Below the pieces are notes generated by a model that was not told the origin of the DNA, searched no databases, and saw only the letters and a list, made by a program, of their open reading frames with translations. DNA of 64,000 nt from Escherichia coli (GTDB lineage: Bacteria; Pseudomonadota; Gammaproteobacteria; Enterobacterales; Enterobacteriaceae): NCBI RefSeq assembly GCF_013122565.1, contig NZ_CP053258.1. One strand, given 5' to 3'. Shown here piece by piece: positions 16,242-27,286 of this stretch (within the stretch, counting starts at the first letter, position 1; each line of letters begins with the position of its first letter). The position numbers and the translations under genes are program-made.

Positions 16242-16715
16242 ATGAACTACGAGATTAAGCAGGAAGATAAACGTACCGTTGCAGGTTTCCATCTCGTTGG
16301 CCCGTGGGAACAGACGGTAAAGAAAGGTTTTGAGCAGTTGATGATGTGGGTAGATAGCCAAAATATTGTGCCGAAGGAGTGGGTTGCTGTCTATTACGAC
16401 AATCCAGATGAAACACCCGCCGAAAAATTACGCTGCGACACCGTCGTGACGGTGCCGGGTTACTTTACGCTCCCCGAAAACAGTGAGGGCGTCATTCTGA
16501 CAGAAATTTCAGGTGGTCAGTATGCGGTGGCGGTAGCTCGTGTAGTCGGTGATGATTTTGCTAAACCCTGGTATCAGTTCTTTAATAGCCTCTTGCAGGA
16601 CAGTGCTTATGAAATGTTACCAAAGCCCTGCTTCGAGGTTTATTTGAACAATGGCGCGGAAGATGGGTACTGGGATATCGAAATGTATGTTGCGGTGCAG
16701 CCAAAACATCACTAA
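16242..16715 (+). CDS. sbmC: DNA gyrase inhibitor (GyrI/SbmC)
   Basis: 157 aa [25 protein letters not shown]... matches SbmC. Confidence 0.95.
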   Translation: MNYEIKQEDKRTVAGFHLVGPWEQTVKKGFEQLMMWVDSQNIVPKEWVAVYYDNPDETPAEKLRCDTVVTVPGYFTLPENSEGVILTEISGGQYAVAVARVVGDDFAKPWYQFFNSLLQDSAYEMLPKPCFEVYLNNGAEDGYWDIEMYVAVQPKHH

Positions 16716-16913
16716 TTCATCTCAGGGCGGTGTGTTAACGCGATGACCACTCTTTTTTTTGAAAGCGAAAAGAGTAAGATGCGCCTTTCAATTTTTTCGC
16801 TCCTGCCGGGAAATTACACTGTTCCCGGTTTGTCCGTCGGATAATTCAGAGGCGCGCCTTCTGGCCGACAGATGAGTTATGAGCGCTTTTAATCTTCATT
16901 ACGGAGTTTCTGC

Positions 16914-17972
16914 GTGCGTGCCGATAAGTCATTATGCCCGTTTGAAATCCGGGTATACCGCCATTACCGCATTGTGCATGGTACTCGGGTCGCGCTGGCA
17001 TTCCTGCTCACTTTTCTCATTATCCGCCTGTTTACTATCCCGGAAAGCACCTGGCCGCTGGTCACCATGGTGGTGATTATGGGGCCAATCTCGTTCTGGG
17101 GTAACGTTGTCCCTCGCGCCTTCGAACGTATTGGCGGTACGGTGTTGGGTTCGATATTAGGTCTTATCGCTCTGCAACTGGAGTTAATCTCGTTACCGCT
17201 GATGTTAGTCTGGTGCGCGGCGGCTATGTTTCTTTGCGGTTGGCTGGCGCTGGGCAAGAAACCGTATCAAGGATTATTGATTGGGGTGACGCTGGCAATT
17301 GTTGTGGGTTCCCCGACAGGTGAAATTGATACGGCGTTATGGCGAAGCGGTGATGTGATCCTCGGCTCTTTACTGGCAATGTTGTTTACCGGTATCTGGC
17401 CACAACGGGCGTTCATCCACTGGCGCATTCAACTGGCGAAAAGTCTGACCGAGTATAATCGGGTCTATCAATCAGCATTCTCACCGAACTTACTCGAACG
17501 CCCACGTCTTGAAAGCCATCTACAAAAACTCCTGACCGATGCCGTGAAAATGCGTGGGCTGATTGCGCCCGCCAGCAAAGAAACTCGTATTCCAAAATCG
17601 ATATATGAAGGTATCCAGACCATTAACCGCAATCTGGTTTGTATGCTGGAGTTGCAAATCAATGCATACTGGGCCACGCGCCCCAGCCATTTCGTGTTAT
17701 TGAACGCGCAAAAACTTCGTGATACCCAGCACATGATGCAGCAAATACTGCTGAGCCTTGTTCATGCGTTGTACGAAGGTAATCCGCAGCCGGTTTTTGC
17801 CAATACGGAAAAATTGAACGATGCTGTGGAAGAGCTGCGTCAGTTGCTCAATAACCACCATGACCTTAAGGTTGTGGAAACACCAATCTATGGTTATGTG
17901 TGGCTGAACATGGAAACGGCACATCAGCTTGAGTTGCTATCGAATCTGATTTGCCGGGCCTTGCGCAAATAA
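16914..17972 (+). CDS. yeeA: inner membrane protein, FUSC-like
   Basis: 352 aa, GTG start, multiple transmembrane segments; matches YeeA by sequence and position. Confidence 0.9.
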   Translation: MRADKSLCPFEIRVYRHYRIVHGTRVALAFLLTFLIIRLFTIPESTWPLVTMVVIMGPISFWGNVVPRAFERIGGTVLGSILGLIALQLELISLPLMLVWCAAAMFLCGWLALGKKPYQGLLIGVTLAIVVGSPTGEIDTALWRSGDVILGSLLAMLFTGIWPQRAFIHWRIQLAKSLTEYNRVYQSAFSPNLLERPRLESHLQKLLTDAVKMRGLIAPASKETRIPKSIYEGIQTINRNLVCMLELQINAYWATRPSHFVLLNAQKLRDTQHMMQQILLSLVHALYEGNPQPVFANTEKLNDAVEELRQLLNNHHDLKVVETPIYGYVWLNMETAHQLELLSNLICRALRK

Positions 17973-18143
17973 TTCCTGAACTTCAGAATCATCTTGCTGC
18001 TGCTTCGATTCAGCAAGGATAAAGGGTATGATAGTGAAAAGGGATAAAAGCATTGTCATCTGCGGCAGCTATGAGTAATGTTGGCCCTAACGAATAGCGG
18101 TTGCTTAAACGAATCCGACTCTCACATTATCAGGGGTATAAAA

Positions 18144-18473
18144 ATGGAAACTACCAAGCCTTCATTCCAGGACGTACTGGAATTTGTTCGTCTGTTCCGT
18201 CGTAAGAACAAACTGCAACGTGAAATTCAGGACGTTGAGAAAAAGATCCGTGACAACCAGAAGCGCGTCCTGCTGCTGGACAACCTGAGCGATTACATCA
18301 AGCCGGGGATGAGCGTTGAAGCAATCCAGGGCATCATCGCCAGCATGAAAGGTGACTATGAAGATCGCGTTGACGATTACATCATCAAAAATGCCGAGCT
18401 CTCCAAAGAACGCCGCGATATCTCCAAAAAGCTGAAAGCTATGGGCGAAATGAAAAACGGCGAAGCGAAGTAA
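18144..18473 (+). CDS. yeeX: DUF496 family protein
   Basis: 109 aa [30 protein letters not shown]... matches YeeX; ATG 18144. Confidence 0.9.
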   Translation: METTKPSFQDVLEFVRLFRRKNKLQREIQDVEKKIRDNQKRVLLLDNLSDYIKPGMSVEAIQGIIASMKGDYEDRVDDYIIKNAELSKERRDISKKLKAMGEMKNGEAK

Positions 18474-18487
18474 TTCCTGTTTTATTC

Positions 18488-18513
18488 AATGAGGGTTGCC
18501 CGGCAACCCTCAT
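18488..18513. terminator. bidirectional terminator between convergent yeeX and pduV
   Basis: AATGAGGGTTGCC-GGCAACCCTCATT perfect inverted repeat. Confidence 0.75.
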
Positions 18514-18573
18514 TGCTCATTGATTCTTTTCTGTGTATCACAGTCATCATTCCCATCTGATAACCTATCGAAA

Positions 18574-19017
18574 TTAGCGACAGACATCTTCTGTATGCAG
18601 CAAGGAAAAAAGTTCTGTAACTCCATTGTTATTAACCGCACTGGTTACTAACACGTTCTGCGCTCCAGCTTCCCGTAACCAACATTTCACCAAAGATATT
18701 TGTTCCATGCTGGCTAAATCTGCTTTGGTTACTACTCCAATGACCGGGCGATTCATTGACGAGGTAAAGCCTGGCGAAAAAGGTGACCACGGTGCGTCCG
18801 CATTAAGCACCAGCGCGATAATGTCTGCTTCGCAGGCACTGACCAACAGTGCACTGTAGAGGCTGCGGTTTTCGAGGTATTCGCCTGGTGTATCAATGGT
18901 GGTCGGGGACCAGACGATTGCCTGCGTTTTCTGATAATGAATATTTTCGCCACGCAGACATTGCGTGAGTGACGTTTTTCCGCACTGGCTGGGGCCGATG
19001 AGCATCATACGTTGCAT
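18574..19017 (-). CDS. pduV: EutP/PduV-family small GTPase (microcompartment-associated)
   Basis: 147 aa with P-loop [10 protein letters not shown] and DTPGE motif; final gene of the pdu operon. Confidence 0.9.
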   Translation of the reverse strand: MQRMMLIGPSQCGKTSLTQCLRGENIHYQKTQAIVWSPTTIDTPGEYLENRSLYSALLVSACEADIIALVLNADAPWSPFSPGFTSSMNRPVIGVVTKADLASMEQISLVKCWLREAGAQNVLVTSAVNNNGVTELFSLLHTEDVCR

Positions 19018-19021
19018 AATG

Positions 19022-19372
19022 TCAGGTCCGCGTAATGGGGCAGGCGGTAAAGCGCATCATTTCACCCAGCGTACGGGTAACCTGGCTAAGTGCATATTCA
19101 ATTGCAGAAACATCACCAGTCAGCACTACGGCACCGGTAAAACGATCAAGAAAACCGATCTCTACAGCGCCTGATTTTGTGGCGATATCGCATGCGATGA
19201 TAGATGCTTCGCTGGGGGTAATCGTCAGAATGCCAATAGCAGAAACGGTGTCTGGTAAACCCAATTTCTTAAACAGATCCTTCCCTGGATTGGCGATGAC
19301 ATGTGCCAGCGTGACCTGCTTACCAGGGACATATTCCTGAATCATCCGTTCAGTTGTGTGCTGAGTTGTCAT
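19022..19372 (-). CDS. pduU: microcompartment shell protein PduU (permuted BMC domain)
   Basis: Translation ...[34 protein letters not shown]... matches PduU/EutS type; start taken at the internal Met to give about 116 aa. Confidence 0.88.
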   Translation of the reverse strand: MTTQHTTERMIQEYVPGKQVTLAHVIANPGKDLFKKLGLPDTVSAIGILTITPSEASIIACDIATKSGAVEIGFLDRFTGAVVLTGDVSAIEYALSQVTRTLGEMMRFTACPITRT

Positions 19373-19926
19373 TATCCCTCCACCATCTGACGCCACATGG
19401 CTTCATGTGGGCGGGCAATCACCGACCGATAGACCAACAAACCTTTTTCCCCCGCACGCTCGCTGGCGACAGAGACCGCGTTATTAACATCTGAAATATC
19501 GCCAGCAACCACCATGTAGCATTTACCGCCAATGCCAAAAGCCATATGCACGCGAACGAGAATGACATTCGCAGCTTTGACTGCACAATCGGCAGCGTCA
19601 ATGCAGGCGGCGACACTCCAGGTTTCGACTACGCCGACAGCCCGGTGCTGTTCAGCATGGTTAAGTCCGCTGATTGCAGAAAGGATGCTGGGATGAATAT
19701 TCGGCAGGACAAGACTGTCGACCAGCATTTCGCCAGCAAGGGAAGCGCCGCTGTTGATGGCCTGTTGCACCGCGCCCACATCGCCACCGAGCATCAGTAG
19801 AAATTTTCCGGGGCATAGCGTTTTGCTGACCAGTAACTCAACGTTGGCGCTTTTCAGCATGGCATCGCCGGTTTCCATCCCTTTCGCGATACTGCTAAGT
19901 TCTAAAATACCTACCGCTTTCGACAT
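19372..19926 (-). CDS. pduT: microcompartment shell protein PduT (tandem BMC domains, Fe-S)
   Basis: 184 aa, two BMC domains, conserved Cys in LCPGKF. Confidence 0.92.
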   Translation of the reverse strand: MSKAVGILELSSIAKGMETGDAMLKSANVELLVSKTLCPGKFLLMLGGDVGAVQQAINSGASLAGEMLVDSLVLPNIHPSILSAISGLNHAEQHRAVGVVETWSVAACIDAADCAVKAANVILVRVHMAFGIGGKCYMVVAGDISDVNNAVSVASERAGEKGLLVYRSVIARPHEAMWRQMVEG

Positions 19927-19928
19927 GG

Positions 19929-21272
19929 TTAACCTCTCACAAGCGTAATCGCGTTTTCTGTCACATCGCTGACCATGCCATCAATGCTGGCATGAATGGG
20001 GGCACCTAATGTGCCGTGTGGAATTTGACCTACACATTGTCCATGAACGACGCGATCGCCTTTTTGTACACACGCAATTGCGCTGGCACCGATGTGTTGG
20101 CGTAACAATAACGTCACTTTTTCGGGCTGAGGCACCTGTTCAGACAATGGCGCATCCTGATACCACGGGGTTAAGCCCAGTCTGGTTACCAGCCGTTTTA
20201 CGGGAATCAGTCGATAATTTGCCATTGGATCTGCAGGATTTAAGGCACCTTCGTAGCGGAGATTTTGTGCGCGTAATTCCTGCTTAAGCAGGCGGTTTAT
20301 GCGCATTGGTGAAATTCCTACCGGACAGGCGATGCTGGCGCAGACGTTGCACTCCGAACAGGTGAGCGCCGTCAGTAACAGTTGTGGCGTAGCGAGCTGT
20401 TGGTAGTTAACCGCACGTACTAATAAATGGGGTGCCAGTTCGTGACCGATTAAATGACGAGGGCAGAGATCGGTACACAAGCGGCATTGCTCACAAACAG
20501 TTTTCGCGACGGCAAGTACGCTGCGGTCATTCTGCATTCGACGTTGGATCAGTGAATGAGAGTTGGGTAAAACCAGCAAGCCGCCAGTGGTTTTGCTGAC
20601 TGGTGTGTCGAGCGATGTGATCAAACTTCCCATCGTCGGCCCGCCATTGATAAAACCAGGAGCATCTACTGTTGCGCCGCCCGCCAGCGCCAGGACTTCA
20701 CGTAAAGACATGCCGATGGGGACGGTTACCGTTATTGGTTTCGCCACTGCACCATTAACGGTGAGTGTGCGGCGCGTCACTGGATACTGTTGCTCGACGG
20801 CTCTGGCAATATTAAGTACGGTTTGAACATTATTGACCACCACACCGACGCTAACGGGTAATGCAGCGGGTGGAACGCGGCGACCAGTTGCCATCCAGAT
20901 GGTCAGCACTTCGTCTCCTGCGGGGTAAACGTCGGGCAAAATATGCAGGCGGATATCCGGTGGTAACAGTGGTGTGAGTGCGTTTATTGCCAGTTGATAT
21001 TTCTCTTTCAGCGCGATGATTCCGCTACTGGCCCCGGTGGCTTTCATCGCATAGTGAACACCGCGAAGCAGGCGGCTGGCTTGCTGCGCCATTAACTGTT
21101 GATCCACTTTCAACATGGGTTCGCATTCCGCCGCATTCACCAGGAAAGTGTCAACACGCGCTTGTAGCTTAATATGGGTTGGAAAACCTGCGCCGCCAGC
21201 ACCCACGACACCTGCTGCCTGTACTCGCTCGCGGATAGTCTGGTCGTCGCAGGAGGTTAATCCGACGTTCAT
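19929..21272 (-). CDS. pduS: cobalamin reductase PduS (RnfC-like Fe-S flavoprotein)
   Basis: 447 aa; two 4Fe-4S motifs [12 protein letters not shown] and [28 protein letters not shown]-binding region. Confidence 0.93.
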   Translation of the reverse strand: MNVGLTSCDDQTIRERVQAAGVVGAGGAGFPTHIKLQARVDTFLVNAAECEPMLKVDQQLMAQQASRLLRGVHYAMKATGASSGIIALKEKYQLAINALTPLLPPDIRLHILPDVYPAGDEVLTIWMATGRRVPPAALPVSVGVVVNNVQTVLNIARAVEQQYPVTRRTLTVNGAVAKPITVTVPIGMSLREVLALAGGATVDAPGFINGGPTMGSLITSLDTPVSKTTGGLLVLPNSHSLIQRRMQNDRSVLAVAKTVCEQCRLCTDLCPRHLIGHELAPHLLVRAVNYQQLATPQLLLTALTCSECNVCASIACPVGISPMRINRLLKQELRAQNLRYEGALNPADPMANYRLIPVKRLVTRLGLTPWYQDAPLSEQVPQPEKVTLLLRQHIGASAIACVQKGDRVVHGQCVGQIPHGTLGAPIHASIDGMVSDVTENAITLVRG

Positions 21273-22381
21273 AACAATTCCTCGAGCAGTTCTGCAATCG
21301 CGGAGGCATCAGCCGCATGCGGGTTGGTACGCAACGTTGCATCCGCCAGCGCCGCCTGAACCATATCTGGTATGCGTATTGACCATTCTGCTTTTTTTTC
21401 TTTCAGCGCATTGGCAAGAGTCGGCAGCGTACAGGTTGTTTTAAGCTGTTCAATATGTTGAATAAGTGCATTCAGGCTGGCGGTGTCATTGGCGTTGTCC
21501 GGGCATAAATGGCACGTTTTCGCCAGCCGGGCGTAGCGTTTGGCTGCGCGCGGATCGCCAGCATTAAAGCGGATAACCGCCGTGAGCAGGAGCGCATTCG
21601 CCAGGCCGTGCGGCAGATGAAACTGTCCGCCGAGTTGATGAGCAATTGCATGGTTTAAACCGAGTCCGGCCTGGCTAAAGGCCACTCCTGCAAGCGTCGA
21701 AGCATTATGCATTTTGCCACGGGTGGCAAGACAATCGCCTTTCTTCACTGCAGTGGGCAGGTATTGAAAAACAATTTGCACGGCTTTTTCGACCAGTGCA
21801 TCCGTGAAGTCGCTGGCGCGGGGAGAAACATAAGCTTCAAGCGCATGGGTTAAAACATCCATCCCGGTATTGGCCGTTATCGCCGGTGGCACGCTGACGA
21901 CCAGAGATGGATCAAGGATCGCGATATCCGGATAAAGTGCATTATCGAAAAGGGGATATTTAATCCCTTTCTCAGGATCGCTGATGACACAAGCACTGGT
22001 CACTTCGGAACCGGTACCGCTGGTGGTAGGAATGGCTACGCAGGTTTCAATTTCAATGCCACACTGGCGACCGAACCAGACAATCGCTTTTGCGGCGTCC
22101 AGGGCAGAACCGCCGCCAAAACCGATAACCACATCCGGGCGTAAAGTCTGCATTTGCGCAATGCCTTTCACCACGATCTGGATAGTTGGGTCAGGCGTTA
22201 TTTCGCTAAAAATACTGAGACGATTACTGTCGGGCAGCGCCTGATGCAACGTGTCAATGAGTGGTGAGCGTGCCAGAAAGGCGTCGCAAATAATCCAGAT
22301 GTGTTTATGAGAGAAACGGCTAAGTACCTTGAGACTTCCCGGTCCGCTGTATAAACGCGTCTGCAGTGAAAAAGTATTCAT
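21269..22381 (-). CDS. pduQ: 1-propanol dehydrogenase (iron-containing alcohol dehydrogenase)
   Basis: 370 aa Fe-ADH family (GGGSALDAAK motif). Confidence 0.93.
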   Translation of the reverse strand: MNTFSLQTRLYSGPGSLKVLSRFSHKHIWIICDAFLARSPLIDTLHQALPDSNRLSIFSEITPDPTIQIVVKGIAQMQTLRPDVVIGFGGGSALDAAKAIVWFGRQCGIEIETCVAIPTTSGTGSEVTSACVISDPEKGIKYPLFDNALYPDIAILDPSLVVSVPPAITANTGMDVLTHALEAYVSPRASDFTDALVEKAVQIVFQYLPTAVKKGDCLATRGKMHNASTLAGVAFSQAGLGLNHAIAHQLGGQFHLPHGLANALLLTAVIRFNAGDPRAAKRYARLAKTCHLCPDNANDTASLNALIQHIEQLKTTCTLPTLANALKEKKAEWSIRIPDMVQAALADATLRTNPHAADASAIAELLEELL

Positions 22382-22391
22382 TTCCGTTTCT

Positions 22392-23777
22392 CTAGCGAAT
22401 TGAAAAGCCGCTGGTTAACACGCAGCGTCGTGAGCGGGCAAAAGTCCGTGCTGACGTTGTCCCTTCTCCGGTCGGTGTTGCAATGGTAAAGGTCGTAAAG
22501 CCTTCGCCGCCGACGCCAATACCCGCCCAGGAGGGGCCGTTTTTGACAAAGATTGAGGTTTGCATAACGCGCGCAGCAAGGTTGAGCCGTGAGACGTTCT
22601 GCGAGTGCATAATTGCCGTGTGGTGCAAGCCGTCTTCCACTTTCAACGCCAGAGTGAGAGCGCTGTCAAAATCGTTGACCTTCACAATGGGCAGCATTGG
22701 CATCAGTTGTTCACAAGTAACCCAACTATCATCGGCGTCAACAACAGCAATCAGTAGGCGCGGCGCTTTTGCGGGCAAAGGGAGGCCCGCTGCTCCCAGC
22801 AAGGCTGATGGGCTTTTCCCAACCAGTTTTTTGTTGGTGCTACCGTCTGGCAGGCAAATTGCACGCAATTTCTCCGTTTGTTCACGGTTAAGAAGAAGTG
22901 CGCCAAAGCTTTGCATCTGCTGAATTAAATAATCTGCCACTGATGCCACGACAATCAGGCTTTTTTCAGCGATACACGGCAGGTTGTAATCAAAAGAAGC
23001 GCCGTTGATGATGTCCTCGGCGGCTTTCACAATATCAGCCGTTTCATCGACGATACACGGAGGGTTACCCGCTCCGGCACCAATCACTTTCTTGCCACTT
23101 TTCATTCCCATGGTGACGATCCCCGGACCGCCGGTAATCGCCAGAACGCTGATTTTAGGGTGCGCCATCATCTGTTCGGTGGCAGCAAAGGTCGGTTCAG
23201 ATACGGTAACGATCAGGTTATGAATGCCACTACAGCGAAACGCGATGTCTTCGATTGTGGTAATCAGTTTTAACGAAACGTATTTGGCTCCCGGGTGTGG
23301 ACTGAAGTAGACGCTATTACCTGCTGCCAGCATGCTGATGCTGTTGTTAATGATGGTTTCCGTGGGGTTGGTGCTTGGCGTGACCGAGCCAATAACCCCA
23401 AACGGAGAGTACTCAAACAAAACCATGCCACCATCACCGGTTAGTGCTGTGGTGGTTAAATCTTCAATTCCTGGCGTGTTATCAAGTGCCGCTTTGTTTT
23501 TTAGGTACTTATCTTCTTTATTTCCCATCCCCGTTTCTTTGGCGCTTTCTTCTGCCAGTTCGGTAAGGCGGGGCATTAATTCTTCGCGAATGGCGCTGAT
23601 AATGGCGCTACGGGTTTTAAGCGGGCACTGTTGAAAGCGTAAAAAGGCCTGGTGTGCTGCGCAGACCGCTTCATCGACAGTCTGGAAAATAGCGTTTCTT
23701 TGCGTTCGTGGTGTAGCGGGGACAAGTTGCTCACGCAGAATAATGCGGATCAGTGTTTCTAATTCAGAGTTATTCAT
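22392..23777 (-). CDS. pduP: CoA-acylating propionaldehyde dehydrogenase
   Basis: 461 aa aldehyde dehydrogenase family with N-terminal encapsulation-like helix (MNNSELETLIRIILREQL). Confidence 0.93.
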   Translation of the reverse strand: MNNSELETLIRIILREQLVPATPRTQRNAIFQTVDEAVCAAHQAFLRFQQCPLKTRSAIISAIREELMPRLTELAEESAKETGMGNKEDKYLKNKAALDNTPGIEDLTTTALTGDGGMVLFEYSPFGVIGSVTPSTNPTETIINNSISMLAAGNSVYFSPHPGAKYVSLKLITTIEDIAFRCSGIHNLIVTVSEPTFAATEQMMAHPKISVLAITGGPGIVTMGMKSGKKVIGAGAGNPPCIVDETADIVKAAEDIINGASFDYNLPCIAEKSLIVVASVADYLIQQMQSFGALLLNREQTEKLRAICLPDGSTNKKLVGKSPSALLGAAGLPLPAKAPRLLIAVVDADDSWVTCEQLMPMLPIVKVNDFDSALTLALKVEDGLHHTAIMHSQNVSRLNLAARVMQTSIFVKNGPSWAGIGVGGEGFTTFTIATPTGEGTTSARTFARSRRCVLTSGFSIR

Positions 23778-24781
23778 TGGTTTACTCCCACGTTAATTGC
23801 CGCCATTGCGCTTTGGGCAATATCCATGTCTTGTTCAACGCTACCGCCGCTGATGCCAAGCCCGCCAAGCAATTTTCCGTCACGCCAGAGGGGGAAGCCG
23901 CCACCAAAAGTGACGACTTTTCCTTGCATATGGCTTTCGAGCCCGTAAAGCGGCGCGCCGGGTTGCACGGTATCAGCAAGCTTGTGGGTTGCCGTTTTCA
24001 TCGCCACGGCGGTCCAGGCTTTTTTCGGTGCCAGTTCACTGCTGACCAACAGGGCATCAGGCATCCGCCAGGTAACACTTTCTGTTCCGTTGGCATCAAC
24101 AATGCTGATGACAACGGGAATATGCAGTTCATCTGCGCGCATTGCCGCACTACGAATGAGTTGGTGAAGATCCTGAAAAGTGAGCGGCATTGTGCGTTCC
24201 TTCATTGCTGGTGTGTGGTTGGCTTCGTGATAACGTTTTGTGATTTCCTGAATTATCAGATTTTGATGAGCAACGTTGTCTTCCACGCGGGCGAGGGCAT
24301 ACAGGCAATCGGAAAGTCGGTTGATATAGTGCAGCAAAACATTCCGGACGGTGGTTTCCGTTGTCAGTTCAACCAGCCGTCTTTCAGCCCGTCGAGCCAC
24401 CGTGCGGGCGAAATGCATGCGGCTTGCGGCTTCACATCGACCAGGCAGAATGAAGCTGTGAACTGGGGGGACGGCGTTCATTGCACTATCGATCGCGTTT
24501 TCCAGCACGGCAATTTCTTCCGTACCGACGTAACGCTGCTGCGCTGACGGCTGTTCGCTTTCACTGGCGAGTTCGGCGCTAAACCAAAATATCTGTTGTT
24601 GAATGGCTTCCAGTAAGATGCGATGGCTTTCAATGGAGGTGGCGCAATAACACAGACTAAGTGTCGCGTTCAGTTCATCCAGCGTGCCATAGGTTTCGAC
24701 ACGTAGATGAGTTTTGCTTACGCGCTGTCCGGTAAATAAAGACGTACTTCCTGAATCACCTGTTCGGGTATAAATTGCCAT
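23774..24781 (-). CDS. pduO: ATP:cob(I)alamin adenosyltransferase PduO (plus C-terminal DUF336 domain)
   Basis: 335 aa; N-terminal MAIYTRTGDSGSTSLFTGQRVSK is the PduO-type adenosyltransferase signature. Confidence 0.93.
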   Translation of the reverse strand: MAIYTRTGDSGSTSLFTGQRVSKTHLRVETYGTLDELNATLSLCYCATSIESHRILLEAIQQQIFWFSAELASESEQPSAQQRYVGTEEIAVLENAIDSAMNAVPPVHSFILPGRCEAASRMHFARTVARRAERRLVELTTETTVRNVLLHYINRLSDCLYALARVEDNVAHQNLIIQEITKRYHEANHTPAMKERTMPLTFQDLHQLIRSAAMRADELHIPVVISIVDANGTESVTWRMPDALLVSSELAPKKAWTAVAMKTATHKLADTVQPGAPLYGLESHMQGKVVTFGGGFPLWRDGKLLGGLGISGGSVEQDMDIAQSAMAAINVGVNQ

Positions 24782-24792
24782 CTTTCAGCTCC

Positions 24793-25068
24793 TTAGCGCG
24801 AAAGCGTATCGACAATGCCGACCACTGCCAGGTCGATGGCCTCGTTAGGGCCGGAAAACACATGTCTGGCGCTGGAACCACTGCTGAGGAGTACCAACTC
24901 ACCAACGCCTGCGCCGACTGAATCAACGGCAACTTCGTCGCCGGTTAAAGGCGTGAGAGGCAGTTCGCCGTCAGCACTGACCCGGCGAACCAGCAGTAGT
25001 TTTTTCCCGATCAGAGAAGGTGATTTTTGCGTGGATACTACCGCGCCAGTGACTCGAGCCAGATGCAT
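24793..25068 (-). CDS. pduN: microcompartment vertex (pentamer) protein PduN
   Basis: 91 aa EutN/CcmL family ([15 protein letters not shown]...). Confidence 0.9.
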   Translation of the reverse strand: MHLARVTGAVVSTQKSPSLIGKKLLLVRRVSADGELPLTPLTGDEVAVDSVGAGVGELVLLSSGSSARHVFSGPNEAIDLAVVGIVDTLSR

Positions 25069-25071
25069 AGG

Positions 25072-25563
25072 TTACTCCTGCCTGATTAACTGAATATTTC
25101 GGGTAATTGCCGCTTCACGAGCCAGTGCGGTCACACAACATTTCCGCTGTAACACCAGTATTCCAGAGCTTAACTGCGCAATATCGGCATAACTTAAAAG
25201 TCGATCACGATGAAGGTAGATCGGTTGCCCTTGCTCGTCGCACCAGCTTAGCGGTAGACGGGCGAGAGTCTTCAATTCAATGGCGTTCAGGAAATGATGC
25301 TGCAACGACAATTGAATGTGCATTCCCCAGGCTAACGCTTCGTGTATCTGGATTGCTGCTCGATCTGACGTTTCGTTCTCCGCAAGTTGTCGCAGCAGCG
25401 GCAGATCGACATATCGGATTTGTAATGACGCATACTGATGAACGCTCTCTTGAACGCTGGCGTCTCGCAGTTGAAAAACAGTCAGCACGAGTGTTTTTCC
25501 CGCACGTTGTTTAAGGCGAAAAACCACTTCGTCAACAATACGTTGCATCAGCATGTTATTCAT
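25072..25563 (-). CDS. pduM: microcompartment structural protein PduM
   Basis: 163 aa; position between pduL and pduN; PduM-like. Confidence 0.85.
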   Translation of the reverse strand: MNNMLMQRIVDEVVFRLKQRAGKTLVLTVFQLRDASVQESVHQYASLQIRYVDLPLLRQLAENETSDRAAIQIHEALAWGMHIQLSLQHHFLNAIELKTLARLPLSWCDEQGQPIYLHRDRLLSYADIAQLSSGILVLQRKCCVTALAREAAITRNIQLIRQE

Positions 25564-26192
25564 GGCACTGACACCAGTGTGGCAAAAACGTCAGGGCTAT
25601 CAGCGCCTGCGGCGTTGGCCTCATCGGTATCAATATGCATTTCAAGACGCATATCCGGAGAGACGCGAACAGCGACGTTTTCGAATATCAGTCGTCGCTC
25701 ATCACCTTCAATGGAAACCGCCACTTTATCGCCATGCGTAACGCCATAAATCAGGGCATCCAGCGGAGACATATGAATATGCCGTTGCGCGACAATAACG
25801 CCAGATGTGATCTCCAGTTCCGCAAATGGGCTTATCAAACGAATCCCCGGAGTGCCGCTGAGATCGCCTGACATGCGTAGCGGGGCGGTGATCCCTAACG
25901 TTCTGGCGTCCGTACGGGAAATTTCCACCTGGCTTGCATTGCGTAGCGGCCCCAACAAGCGAACGTTGTGCAATTTACCTTTTGGTCCCTCCAACGTAAC
26001 AACCTGTTCAGCCGCGAATTGGCCAGGCTGCATTAACGGCTTTTTCTCGCTAATCGGTTGTTCAGGAAAAAGACGCAAATAATCCGCTGTTGAAAGATGA
26101 ATATGACGACTGGAAACACCCAGAGGGATAGGGCGCTCGCGCATCTCATCCAGAATCTGACTCACTGTTTCCTGCAAGGTTTGTTTATCCAC
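25560..26192 (-). CDS. pduL: phosphate propanoyltransferase PduL
   Basis: 210 aa PduL/EutD-type phosphotransacylase. Confidence 0.9.
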   Translation of the reverse strand: MDKQTLQETVSQILDEMRERPIPLGVSSRHIHLSTADYLRLFPEQPISEKKPLMQPGQFAAEQVVTLEGPKGKLHNVRLLGPLRNASQVEISRTDARTLGITAPLRMSGDLSGTPGIRLISPFAELEITSGVIVAQRHIHMSPLDALIYGVTHGDKVAVSIEGDERRLIFENVAVRVSPDMRLEMHIDTDEANAAGADSPDVFATLVSVP

Positions 26193-26194
26193 TG

Positions 26195-26617
26195 CTACTC
26201 CCCTCGCTTATTGGCGTGCAGGCAAAGTGAGCGGGGCTCGCCTTTTTGCCGCTGACATGCCGGGTCAAGACACAAATTACAACTGATAATCTCTGAGGTG
26301 ACGGTTGTTGCTGGTGTTTCGCTTGTTTCAACCGTCACAGTCAATGCTTCAGTTGTGTGGGGCAGGATGCCCTCTCCCGGGCGGGCAATCACTTTGTGTG
26401 CGACAAGGCCATTTCGCTGTCCGGCGAAACTGGCTCCCGTCGCGATCGCCGCATTAACCGAGGCGACGTCACCGTTGATTTTGATGAGCGTCCAGCCTGA
26501 GCCATTGGTCTTCTCAAGGCCAACCAGCGTGATGGACGCGGCTTTTGCCATAGCGTCTGCGCAACTGATGGCGAGTGCCAGACCACTGACTTCAAGTAAT
26601 CCCAGTGATTGCTTCAC
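26195..26617 (-). CDS. pduK: microcompartment shell protein PduK (BMC domain plus Cys-rich C-terminal tail)
   Basis: N-terminal BMC domain (LGLLEVSGLALAISCADAMAKAA) and C-terminal tail with C-x2-C-x4-C...C. Confidence 0.88.
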   Translation of the reverse strand: MKQSLGLLEVSGLALAISCADAMAKAASITLVGLEKTNGSGWTLIKINGDVASVNAAIATGASFAGQRNGLVAHKVIARPGEGILPHTTEALTVTVETSETPATTVTSEIISCNLCLDPACQRQKGEPRSLCLHANKRGE

Positions 26618-26640
26618 GCTGTGCTCCTTAGCAAATGGGG

Positions 26641-26916
26641 TTATGCCGATTTAGGTAAAATAGCCTCAACATCACTGTGTGGACGCGGGATGACATGGCA
26701 GGATTTCACTTCGCCAACGGCGCTTGCCGCAGCGCTACCCGCATCAACGGCGGCCTTTACTGCGCCAACATCACCGCGGACCATAACCGTAATCAGACCC
26801 GAACCAATCTTTTCATAGCCAACCAGCTGCACGTTGGCGGATTTAACCATGGCATCTGCAGCTTCAATTGCGCCAACTAACCCTTTTGTTTCAACCAGTC
26901 CTAGTGCGTTGTTCAT
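26641..26916 (-). CDS. pduJ: microcompartment shell protein PduJ (BMC hexamer)
   Basis: 91 aa, close paralogue of PduA ([29 protein letters not shown]...). Confidence 0.93.
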   Translation of the reverse strand: MNNALGLVETKGLVGAIEAADAMVKSANVQLVGYEKIGSGLITVMVRGDVGAVKAAVDAGSAAASAVGEVKSCHVIPRPHSDVEAILPKSA

Positions 26917-26935
26917 ACAGCGTTTCTCCTGTGGA

Positions 26936-27286
26936 TTATGAGTGGCATTCCCTGAAGGGAATGCCTTTTACCAGGCGGGCAGCGTTATTGCCGATGCTGC
27001 GCCGGGCATGGTTATCTTGTTGATACATCAGCGTAAACAGTGGCGCTGATGCCGGTAAGTTTTTGTAATGCACAATCAGCTTTTCCCGGTCGCAGGCTAT
27101 GCCAACCAACAGGGGGGACTGACGAGCAGCCTGCCAGGCGCTATCGATGACTTCACCTGACGGGATATGTTGAATGCGAAAGGGGATGCCTTCCTCTTCA
27201 ATGCCAAGAAGCACCTCATTCCATGTACTGATACAGTCACCTATTTCCGTAACGACAATAGCGGGCGTATGTTCTTTACTTTCCAT
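26936..27286 (-). CDS. pduH: diol dehydratase reactivase small subunit
   Basis: 116 aa; follows pduG; overlapping start/stop. Confidence 0.9.
   Translation of the reverse strand: MESKEHTPAIVVTEIGDCISTWNEVLLGIEEEGIPFRIQHIPSGEVIDSAWQAARQSPLLVGIACDREKLIVHYKNLPASAPLFTLMYQQDNHARRSIGNNAARLVKGIPFRECHS

Noticed and set aside
23753-24547. 264-aa plus-strand ORF fully overlapping pduO on the opposite strand
   Set aside because: The minus-strand frame encodes a clearly recognisable PduO adenosyltransferase; the long antisense frame is a shadow ORF typical of GC-rich coding sequence.
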